The notes below the pieces were generated by a model. That model was not told the DNA's origin. It was given only the letters and a program-made list of their open reading frames with translations, and did no database searches. Position numbers and translations under genes: made by a program. Shown here piece after piece: positions 38,438 through 56,337 of a DNA stretch of 64,000 nt. Positions within the stretch are counted from its first letter, which is position 1; every line of letters begins with the position of its first letter. Source of the stretch: Tubiluchus corallicola (lineage: Eukaryota; Animalia; Priapulida); the NCBI GenBank assembly GCA_030141605.1, contig JAQGDQ010000038.1:558001-622000 (forward strand). The letters are read 5' to 3'.

Positions 38438-38560
38438 CACCCAGGATTATTTAAGCATAGCAACTATTTCTACCTGTTGAATCTTTCTATTTTAAGCTCC
38501 TGACTATCATTGCGTTACAGGTTCTAAGTGCGCTCATAATTGACAGATATCATGTACTTT

Positions 38561-43890
<5,330 letters not shown>

Positions 43891-46800
43891 CGCGACAGCA
43901 CCAAAAGTGTGTACAGCTTTCGCGCACACTTACTCGAATGTCTGTTCACACAAGACTGCCACAAAACTGTTACCACACAGTGATTCGTATTTCATGGATC
44001 ATGTTCTGCGATGTGTTGATTTTGGATGAGCTTATTTGCATGTAAACCGCCCGAGGACTAAAGTCCATGCATGGCCTAGAGAAACACAGTTTGCAAGCAT
44101 GCCCTACTATGGCCTATAATAGCCCGAATGATTTTCCCTGTCATGGCAGTGCTTGCGGTGACGCAAGAATGATTCAGTAGCCCTGTTGTAGAGCTCGGGA
44201 ACTAATTCTTTTTGAGAAACATTAATATGTCAGATGGTGCTGGGATAATTAGCTGTACTTTATTTACAGCAAACAATTCTACAATACCCGGGTATTTGCT
44301 TTTCGCTGGCTATAGTTACACAGTGAAGAACTGTTTTTGTACTATTTCCGTTACCAGATAGCAGCACCTTGCAGCATCCACTGCTATCCGCACATAATTC
44401 GGCGGCACGAAGTGTGCACGAAAAACTAAATCAGTTATTGCAGCAGTTGTTATTCAGATTAACGAATGATAACTGTTGCTAGTATCTATATCTCCTAACG
44501 ATTTCATTTACGTTTTGTGCTGTTGCTACAGTTAGCACAAATCCCAAATCTGGTGTCTCAGTATCGGGTTTGTACGGCCTAAACGGGAGTTCACAATTCG
44601 TAAAACTTTCACATTCATTATTTACTGCATTCGCAGTGTGAAAATCTACATTAATAAAATAATTATTAAATGAATTAGCTATATCGCATAAGTTAATTAA
44701 CGTGTTTCCGTTAATACGTAATTAACATGGTATTACACCTTTACTAGTAAGCAAAAATTGTATTGTCTTTGTATACATATTAATGTTGTTTTATTCATTT
44801 AGGCCTGTTCGTGTATTTCATTTTATTTTTCAGATTTCTAAATTCTTTTCTTCTCTGATGTGACATCAATTTTTCTTAAGTGTCAATTCATCTTCGCCTG
44901 ATCTTGATCATTACTTTTAAGGAAACGGCTTCATCGCTCATTTTTTATCCTTTTTCAAGCTTGTAGTGTTTAATAATCATTTTGTCTTCAGTAAACGACA
45001 TGTTTATTTTTTAAAATTTAGAAGTTTCAAAAAATAAAATAAAGTAAATAAGTCGCAATAATGAACAAACTGAATAGAACAAAATCAAGCCATTCGTGAA
45101 AGCAATACGCTCATATTAACACCTAGTTCTTTATTTTTATGGCATTGGTAACAATATCGAGCTTAAAGTGTTTATTTTTGGACATTCTGTGCAAAATTAG
45201 TGGGTAAGTACCTAAGTGTTTCCAGCTTACCTTGTTAAATTTATTACATAAATTTGGTAAAAATTCTTGGTTCTATAAAAGTGTTATATTTTTTACGTCC
45301 GCCCTGCCACAAAAATGAGTATGGTACATAGTACGCTTCTTGTAACGTGCTTAGTAAATGCACCACACAGGCTTCTTAAAAGTGTTGTGGAGCAGGTAAC
45401 AGAAAGTGCCTATAGAGCGCACTGTCCCGAAAGCGCTCATCTGCCAAATTTATGCAAATTACAGTCTGGCACGTACGCAAAATAACATTCTTTTATTGCG
45501 CATGCGTTTTCTGATTGTGAATACAGTAGGAGTGCAGGGAAAACTCCGTATAATGCATTTTAACTTTTCTTGGTCTAATTTTTGGTTTATGATAAAAATG
45601 TGATAACAAAGAAGTTCATTTGTGTATATTTTAGAACGTTAGAAAGAGTTATTAATTTATTACCAGTAATTCATTAATTTAGTTATTGTTGTCTCATGTT
45701 TTTTTAGGAAATTTCTATATCCGACTGGAAAATGGCAGTTTGCTCAAAGCGCCCATCGTTGATGTTCCAAAACGCACCCAGGGTAGGCCCCTTATGCACA
45801 GTCAATTATCTTGCCACTGTTCATTATCTGGTCACTGATTTTCGACCTAACTTGGTTTTGATACTCATATTTTATCTGAAAGAAGGATATTACCGAATTT
45901 TAACAAAATGATGTAGGTCGAATTACCATTGCTCCCAGTCTTACTGAAGTGAAAATTAAGCGATTATAACGCTCTCAAATTATAGCTTTATACTAAATCA
46001 AAACATTACGTCTTGACGAACAATGGTTGTTGAGCCATTTGCTCTGAATGGTTACCCTACAAATTAATTAAGTTATTTTAACACAAAACTTTAATGAATG
46101 ATTGATTAATCTCTAACGCGCTTCACGAAATAGACCACTTTTGCATACACAAGTGTACATATGCATGTAGTGCTTGAGTTGAAAAGTAATTAATTTTAAC
46201 GAAAGAAAATTACAGATTGGATGACATTGTTCATTGTAGGGGTTTTTACAGGAACGTTTTACTGTTGCAGTGAGCACTATATAGGAAGTACACAACCGTA
46301 TGCCAACAGACTATGGGAAGATGTGCACTATACATACAATTTTCCACGAAAGGCCTCTTTTGGTCAAAATTACTTTTGATCAAATAATCTAACATTTGAA
46401 AATTAAAATAGCTTGAAATTGATAGCAAACAAACTTCTGTTTCATCAAATGCTATTCTGCGAAAAAATATTTATGGAGCCGACGAGTTTTAAAAACACTT
46501 CAAACCTTAAGGGATGCGCTTTCTCCTAATACTTTTCTGCCGTTTTTGTGGTCTGCTTCTCGGCGGATCCTCATCATCATTGTTCTTCCGTAACCATGTT
46601 GTTCCTCGTGGCCAGTCTAATCTAATAATATTATAGATGTCTTCAAATTGGTAGATTATGCCGTGCAGATGTAGATATTACTCACAATTACTCATAATCT
46701 CTCTTTAGTTGATAGTACTATTACTTCTGTTGCTTTAACATGATTTTCTGCAAACTGACTATTTCTGTGAGTTTCTATGTCACTCGTACATTTAAGCCTA

Positions 46801-46994
46801 ATTAAGTTTCTTGATACGAGTTAAAAATGGAGAAATATGTAATAATCATTCAACCTACTGTGAAGTGGTAAACATGCAGGAACTGTAATGGTGTTAACAA
46901 TTTGTGGAATGTAGGCACATTATTTGTTGACTGGTGAGCGGATTTTTTTAATGCATTTCTTGACTTAGTTTAATGATCAAGTAAAGCCTTTCAT

Positions 46995-47425
46995 CCAAAC
47001 TTAACTCAGCTAGCAACTCAACCAAAGTATCAAAAGTTAATAAATTTTCAACTAAGCTAAACTTATTCCACTTCATCTCTCCTGAACTAAAATCAATTCT
47101 TTAATTAAACAAAGTTGACCTTACTCATCCAGTCACCTGAAATCAATTTTTAGTTCAACTCTGGCTTTCAAGTGAATTCAGTTCTTAAACCTACTGTACT
47201 CAAACAAACTTTCGACTTAATTCTCAAATTACTATAATCCAGCACTTTGCTATTGATTCAAACCAGAATTTAACTTTCAACTCAACTTATTCTCTCTGTT
47301 TCACTGAATATCGCTTCAAGATTCAACTGGGATGCTGCTCTCTTTTTAACTTAAATCAACTCACAAATCAGCTAACTTCTTCATCAACTCCTAATTTAAT
47401 TGCCAGTTCAAGTCAACTCAGAAAT
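46995..47425. repeat. Degenerate AACTY-type pentamer satellite-like tract
   Basis: Dense recurrence of caact/aactc/aactt/aactg units (e.g. ttcaactcaacttatt, tcaagtcaactcag). Confidence 0.45.
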
Positions 47426-48410
47426 GTAGTTCTTATCTTAACATTCATCCATGTATGGACCCTTGTCTACAAACAGAATGGCCATTTGGAGATAAATATT
47501 TTCACTTTAGCAAAGTTTCATCCACAAATTTGCCAAGAAGAAATTACAACCACAAAAATAATCAGAATCATCAATGCATAAATAAAAATTATGCTTTTAC
47601 AAATCTATTATGACTAAACAAAATATATTACATACTGATTACAATAATATTTTCACAAGAATATTTACTGGCATACTATAGTAATATATTAATAATACAT
47701 GATGACAGTAGATAACCAAAATATATAAAAATGTTTATTATGAGTAAGTCGAGCCTAGACAATATTTGTGTCTCATCCTTAAGCCAGAATGCTGTTTTTC
47801 TTGCTTACTCCAAATAGGTCATAGAACAATGCTTTTGCATTTCTGTACAAAATGCTGAACATTTCTTTTTTACTAGATTAATATGAAAAATATAAGTTCA
47901 TATTTCATTTTGAAAATACATACAGGTCTTACATATGTTTGTAAATTTATATAAAATCATACACTAAAATCAGTGTAAACGTAAAAGAAAGTAGTCGCAT
48001 TGTGCTGTCTACAATAAACATGTCATTTCATTTATTCCCATTTAAATATTAATTTTTTTTATCTCATCAGATCTTTTGCAATAGAGAGTTGATATGCAAC
48101 AGCACGACCTACTGTAAGCCTACAGTTAGTTTATCTTAAAAATACAGTTTTCAAAAACACAGAAATTTTAACCTCGCAACTTGCAATATCACAAGCATTT
48201 TTATGGAAATATTTAGAAAACCAATTGTCTTAAATGTTAACGTATCAATACCAGCAGTAATTAATAGAGTTATTATGGCAATATTAACTCGATAATTACA
48301 GAATGTTGATAATAATGTGCCAAAGTATTGAGGGACTTAGTTTAATTATTATTACAATAATGTATTGTAACCTATTACTGATTCCTCCTATTCAACCTTA
48401 TTGACAGTTT

Positions 48411-51400
48411 TCAAAATTCCCACAAGGTGTCACTTTTAATCTCTGTTCCGTTAGCTTTGAAGATTCCACTCTGTTCGCCCCGTAAGTAATATCCATTCTT
48501 TGCTCGCAATGACAGCATTGTGTGATCTTGAAGTTCAATATAAAATGCGCTAGGCGGCGCTCCATCTGTTGTGATGAAATAATCGTCCTCGATGTGCCAA
48601 AATCGATTGTTTTTATCTGAAAGATTATAAAAATTATGTCTGTAAATTTTGCCTTTGTCTAAAACGCTGCCTGCAAGTTTTGCAGAATTGAGGCTTGGGT
48701 TAGCAGTGAAGTCCATTGACAAAATTTTTTCGCAAATTACCACATTAAAAATTTTTAATAGTATAATTATTATGCATTTTATTATTAATGAAGCTTATAA
48801 TTAGATAATAAAGAATGTTCTTTTCTGGCTCTTTATGTCTCTGTTTTTAATTACAACAACGAACCACTATTAAAATATTTACCCTTTAGAAAATAAGAAC
48901 CGTCATCATTCTGTTCCACTAGAATAATATCATATGATGCTTTGTTACATTCCAGCTTTCGTGAGCTGTTGCTCTTAAATCCCACATATCCATTTGAGCC
49001 CCTAAGTACCATGATGGGCCTATTGATAAGCTGAAATGAAAAATACCATAAAGTGCCAAAATCACAATAAAAAATTTTATACATGAGAAGAAAAATACTA
49101 TTGCTGATCAACTGTTGTAAAAATTAATGTATGGCAAAAAATTTCAAAATCAATAACTTGTTGTATAATGAACTTTCATTTCCCTAAAAACACTATAATA
49201 AGTTTATTTTAACTTAATTAATATCATCTTAAAGAGATTAAAAGTACAACACTATTACTTCCCAAGAGGACCACAACGTTGTAAAAATTAGGTTTTTAGG
49301 CATACTTAATGAAAGTTTACAAGGGCAGCAAACCCCTGGCATCTGTCATGCGAAATTGCATTTTTTAATTCTGCTTACTTGAAATTTAAAGAATTCCTTG
49401 ACACTTGGATTTTCAATTGATGCATACAGTTGACCATTCATTTTTGCTGTTATGAATCTGCCATTTTTAGCTTTGATGGCCACAGAGCCATCTTTTTGCC
49501 ATTCCAAATCGAACAGACAATTTGCATTTGGAGAACTGAAAAAAAGAAAGCAGGTACAGGTACACGATACAAGTCTCTACGGCTAGTAAAGGTTATAGGT
49601 AAACTGAAATACAAGATGCATTTCTAAAGAAAAAATAATAAATTGATTAACATATAATGCTATGTTGTACATATCTATATCCCATTAGGATTATAAGTGG
49701 GAGGATCACTCGAGGTAATTCAGCAATGAAAATGGAGCAGTTAGGATTACAAGAATGCTTAAATTGGTCACACTTGGTTCAGGCCTATACTATTTAGACC
49801 GACAGGTCTTTACACCACTACAAGTAAAACGTGTACCAAAGATCTTCATAGCAACACAACACAACCATCAATCTAGAGGTCTTGAAAATCCAGTGTAGTA
49901 ATCACCTTATATAGGAATATCAATCCTCGGTAGTTAAGCGCCTATAATTTCATTAGTATAAAGTTTCACAATTCTGTTAAATAAATAACGTTTCTGCAGG
50001 TGGCAGTACCTGTTTTATAAACAGTCTCTCTTGACTTACTAATAAAATATAACATTAATGGCTTAATAATCACAAGGACAGCTCATTCCAGATGAAGTTA
50101 TTCAAATGTAACACAAGTCACTACAAGCAATTGCGAGTTTTACTTTGAAATAACTATGTGTACTTGCTTGGGACATGTATATGATATTTAGTGGTGACCA
50201 CTGTAGTGTGTTTATACCTGGCTTTAGCTTGGATAGCTCCAGAACTCTCCAAACTCCAATAGAAATCCTGCTTTGTTCGTATCATCCACTTTTTAGAGAT
50301 TTTCTCTCGCTCAATCTGGAATATTTCAGTGTCAGTTAGCTCTTCCTGGTTGGCTGAGAGATCCATGCCTGGAAAGACATAAACTGCTTTAATAAAACAC
50401 CAAAAATAATTTCTGGTTAAAAAGAAGACTTATATAATAAATAAATAATACTGTAATAACGTAATCGTATGTGATTTACTTTACTATTTTAAAGGAATAA
50501 TTTAAGACCATATGACTAAAAATATCAGATGTTTACATAAAATGCAGACCTACTTGTAGTCGTTAGTTTCGTTTAGACAGTACATCGGCTAAGCAAAATA
50601 ATTTGTGAGGCGTCTGCTTTAATTAGGGTGTATTGTTTTTCCCGCTATGCAAAATAATTATTGGTGAGAATGAGATATGGGACGAGCGGCATAAAACCTG
50701 TTTTACACTAGGCAGAAAATACTCTACTCATCCTGGACTTTTTAGATCTGGATCTAAGGTTAACAGTCACAAGTACAGCCAGAAAGAGCACTATGGCTTC
50801 TGGACTTATGTGACTAGCTCCCGTGTGTAGCTTCAGAAGATAGCCAAGATTTATTTTGTAATGCAACTAGAACCTTCACCGATTTGACCAAGCATTATTC
50901 ATTGCGTGCGGGATCCTGACAGTGAACAGTGTCTTTCTAACGACACAGGAACAAAATAAGTCCACATATTTGCATGTAACGGGTGCTACAAGTGAATGAT
51001 ATAAATAAACGAAGTCATCAAAGGTATGTAACATTTTAAGAAGATCCAAGACGCATGTTCTTTATCTTCGTCATAGTGTAAATTAAATGGGGCTATTCTG
51101 CAGACAAACGTTGCGCGAGGCCTCTAATTAGGCTTTAATTAACTCTGTTTTAACCGGTCTGCTAATTTAGATTGGCCTGCTAAACATAAATGGATAGCAA
51201 GCACTGACGGTTTTATGTTGTGGCATAGACGTTAACTTTGGCAAAAGGCTTCACGATCAGAAAGAAAAAACAGAAAATCAATACATGATTGTGGCGTGAC
51301 CAAGCCAGGCGAAATAGTACACCAGCAGGCAGGAACTAGCGTTGTCGCAAAATGAAATAAATGTGGTAAACCGTTACAATTGCAACAATGAACATTGCAC

Positions 51401-52122
51401 AATTATTAATGAGAATGAATCATGCTGTACTTATTGATTGTATATTGATCTACTCGAGCACTTCAGTTACCCATAGTTTGCCAAAAAACCTTACTGCTGT
51501 ATAACCTTACTGAGCCCCTACGTGAGCAAAGGAAAAAACCCAACAATATTAATCGCAATTTTAGGCATGCTGGGTGAACTATAATAATATTGTAGTTAAG
51601 TTGGTTTGACAAAGTATAAGATAAATTACTATTCTGTGGGAAAAGTTTACTAGTCAGGACGACGCTAGGCCTACATCTAGGCAAAAATTATACACTATAT
51701 CCCTAAAGTAATGTAATGGATGTATCTATTATAATTATAAGCACTTAAGCAGGAAGCAGGTTTTTACTGTATAATGTTTAAAACTATAGGTTTACTGTCA
51801 CCGGCAAGACAAATTCTCATAAATCAAAGGTTGGAAGATTTGCTCTTCTTTTGGTGCTCAGCAATTTAGAACACCCAACTGTCTAGAGACACATAATTAA
51901 CTTCAACGTTGGTCTATTTAATTGATCGACCACGGAAACGTTGATCTTACTGTTTACTCTCACACAAATGTTCAGCTTTTTTTAAGATTTTTTTAGTTGT
52001 AAACAAATCCATTCCTCGAAACAGCAACACACGTACTGTTTTTATTAGTTAACTAATTTACTGATATTGATAATAATATTTTACAATGGATATTTATTGT
52101 ATATTTACACTAAGTTTATTTA

Positions 52123-52172
<50 letters not shown>

Positions 52173-55100
52173 AAATTATTAATAAAACTTTGTCTATTCA
52201 AAGATACTGATCCATGATCCTAGAGTGCGGATAAATGCACTGCTAAATATCTAGTTTGTAAGACGTGTAATAGTGCATTCATAATTGTAAGTATTACAAA
52301 ATGTCATCTTGTTGACGTTGCACAGTGAAAAAAACAACTGAAAGAATTTGCTGAAGTTGCAGTCAATATTAAACTCCACAATGCAAACTTCAAACCAAGG
52401 CAAAAGCAAAACAGATCTCATGAAAATGTATAGCAGGTTTCAAGACTTCGCAATGCTTTTTGTTTTTGAGATTTCATGAATGTGCGATACGCTTTGCATG
52501 TTAGACACCTGATAAATAGTTTTATAATTTTATGGTTACGACTCGTGTGCGGATTTATGCTTGGTAGACATTACTAACCTGTAAATCTTTATGCATATAG
52601 AAGCGAAAAAACCAGGCCAGCCTGAGGAAACAATACCCAGGAAACAATTGGCGCATGCTTAAATGGGCTTGTTATATAATAAAAGACGTCACACACATAG
52701 GCCAATCAGCAGTGGCGCAAATGATAAATTGCGCAAAAATTTCACCTATACATAAAACGATTCTTTGCGAGTTTCCTAGAGCGATTTAACCCGATTCAAT
52801 TTGCAATGTAATGCAAAGACGAACGGTCCAAAACATTGTTGTTCTTCCCATACGAGTAACCCTACGTTGGCACGAATGCCGGACGAATGTTTGTGCTAAT
52901 TTTAGGCTGTGTAAAAAAGGCCCATTTCGTTTAATTTAACATTAGCAAGATAAACAGTACCATAGAAGGATCACAAATTTGTAGCTTAAGCTGATAAATG
53001 AGGTAGATAAGATAAGCAAAACTAGCACGTACCCTGCATATAATACGAGTGTAATTGCTTGCTCACATTGTGTATGCCAATGAGTGTTATGCCAATTAAA
53101 TTTGCGACGTACATCTTATCACTGGATGCTCGCGCTCAGTGGTAGAATGTAATAAAACTTATAGAGATCCCGTGAGCTGTAAAAATTGTCGTTTTCTCCC
53201 CCATTTTATTTCAAAGTAATATGTTATAACCGCGTGCTTATTCTCGTATTTATCTGCTTTTGGTTTTGCCACTTTTGTGTAATGGTATCTCGTCATCACC
53301 TTCACCAACATTTTAATTGTCGTAGCAAACACACGTGTTTGGACATTTAACGTAGCGTATACTAAAATGCGGAACGCGCATTTTTTTATTCTATAACTTC
53401 AAAAATAGTATAATCGTAGCTTATATGTCACAACACTTTACAAATCCCCCCCCCCCCCAAAAAAAAAAACAAAAGCACTGCCCATGAAAACTGTGTTTCA
53501 GAATAAACAGCGCAGTTGAAAAATGCTGATATTCTATAATAGGCTGATTAAATCACAATGAAATGCGGCTGAGTGATAAGCCGAGTAGTAAGTGATTATA
53601 CTACAATAACTGCTGTAAATGTGCGCCGTGGGCCGTTAATTTGATGAATCAAACAGGAGTAACGCATATATATATATATGACGTTACTCCTTTATATATA
53701 TATATAAAATGCATAATGCATGCTGAAAACACGATCAGCTCTCAGTTCATCAAATTGGTTACTTTGAACAACACTTGTTATTTTGTATAACCTGAACTTG
53801 GATTTGCGCACTATGACATCATAATTACGTAAAAGTAGTAATATTTGGATACTCCAGCTCCTACCAATTAACTTAGTTACTTATTCATTCTAAGATGTGC
53901 ATATCAGCATATTTCTACTGCACCGTTTCTTCTGGAGCACCCTGTAAAATCTATTGGGCGGATTTGTTATTCTTGCTAAATGACATGCCGACCTAAAACT
54001 AATAACGGGTTCAGGAATTTCAGGTACGCAGACCACGAACAATATTTGATTATGTAACTTCCTATACGTTATTGTATGGTATTAAGTCTGGACAGTAGAC
54101 ACTTTTGATAATACTGGGTCACACAGACATAATAACCAACAGTAAATTAAGCAATGAGAGTTATTCATTGTTTATGGGCAACATACATTAGTTGTCGGAA
54201 GTGTCTACACATAGTGAATGTGTTACAAGGTGCAAGTGTAATTACACCACAACACTAACTGCACTGTAATAAACTTCCTATACTATCTGGCCCATGTCCT
54301 TACTCAAGTTACATAACATGGACCAGAAAGAATAAGAAATTTATAGCAACTCACTTCTCAGTTAATATCATGGTATTACTGTTTTGACAAATAATTAACT
54401 GACTTAAATTATTTACACCCCGCTTGCGCATTAAACACCCTATCAGACAGAAGCCGCATACAATTTTTAATGAGTGATCACTTACGCATTAAAAACTTTT
54501 GCAGTATATCTTCTATAATTGTTCTAACTTGTACTTTCTTTGGATGCTTGTCAGCATGAAATCCAGTTAGATCATCGCAGTCAATTTATAAGTTGGGTTA
54601 CAGATATGCAACTGATAATCGCATAGCTCCTGCTTTGAGTACTGCAGGACATTTAGACTAGAGCAACTGGTTATATTGCATTAACGTTTCCCAAACGCTG
54701 ACCAAAGAGAACGAAAAAGAATATCCGCCAATGACATGAGATGTGCCTCGACACTAGACACTTGGCCAGCAACCTTTATATTTTTGAGGACGGGAAAAAA
54801 CATGCTTTTAAATATGCTACTGAGCGTCAGAGCAACAAATCACATTGGTGAATGAGTCCTCTGTCTACCTAGATGCATGGGTGCTTATTGTAACACAAAG
54901 CTAAGATCATTGAACTATTTTAGTAAAAGGAAAGCGCCTAGGTGAATGAAAAGCGTAATTAAATTTAACAAACGTAGGATTGTTGATTCGAATTGCAAGA
55001 TAATCCCCATAATGTGCACACGAAAACGAGTCTGTCTTGCCCATAAAATCATTAAAATGATCGTGCACAAAAGCGTTCTCTTTTTGTCAAAAAGTCAGCA

Positions 55101-56286
55101 GTTTTAGAAAATGCTTTGCAAAAATCTTTGACTGTTACTTTCTGTTAATAGAAGTTAGATTCATATCAGCATTTAAAAGAAATTTATCGAAGCAGTCATA
55201 AACGAAAACTCGGCAACTTCTATTCACTTAGCGTATTAGGCCAATCTTTTACTAACAATGCACCATTTGAAAACGTTTATTTTTTTTAAGTTCTTTTCTT
55301 AGAATCATTAACCTACAAAGAAAATGGTGAAAAGTGCAGCCCGTAAAAAAGTGTACAGTTATAAAAATATGCAAAGATGAACTACTGTACCTATAGTATA
55401 GTATACCATCTCAACCAATTAACATTACAAAAACACAAAATACAGCTAGTATAATATCTTATGATGCAGAATATAATCAGAAGCCGAGTGAAATATATTT
55501 TATAGTGAAAAACTAAATAATATATATTCACACGTGAATTAAACCTTTAATCCTATGCCTCTTTCCCAAAACACCCGTGTTTCCGGTTTGTTTCATTAAC
55601 AATAACCTCATACGTGGTTTTTCGTCACTTAGCTAATAATTACCCTGCGGGTATAACATATGCAGTCAAGATTTTTAAACAAAAAATTCAGGATATGAGA
55701 TTTAAGGACTTCAAACTATTTTCTCACAAAACATTTTCTTTCAAATTACGCCAATCATGTTAGCTTTGAAAGAGAATGATAGCTTTATGCGAGAGAATCG
55801 AACAAGAAAAAGAGTTAGATTAACAAAAGTTAACCAGCAAGACTATGTGGAATCTTCAAGCATAACTGTTCATTTGTGAGTGCACACAGGTGATGCTTTT
55901 ATCTTGTTGCATCATGTACCATACCCATTATAGTCTTACATGGAGCAAAGTTCGATGTGTTGGCCTATAAAAAACACAACTGTAGGAGGGGGCAAACATG
56001 ATGCAAATACTATTAGGTTATTATTTCTATTTAATTTTTTTACAGTTATTTTTTTGTAATTTTTTATTTCAACTTCAAGATCGAAACGACAGACAACATA
56101 ATTTACCAAACACCATAAACGCACTTTTTCAACAGTTCGACAGTATGTAAGATGGACTCCAGCACTCATCAGTAGGCCCTACTTAACGTAGATGGTAGTG
56201 GCGGGACCGGATCTTATCACATTATTAAGGATAGTCTTTTAAAATGACGCAGTGGACCAGCAGGGCTGTCAGGTGCATTCGGGGAT

Positions 56287-56337
<51 letters not shown>

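Noticed and set aside
56125-56180. CTGATGAG motif on the minus strand suggesting a hammerhead
   Set aside because: No pairing stem II followed by GAAA.
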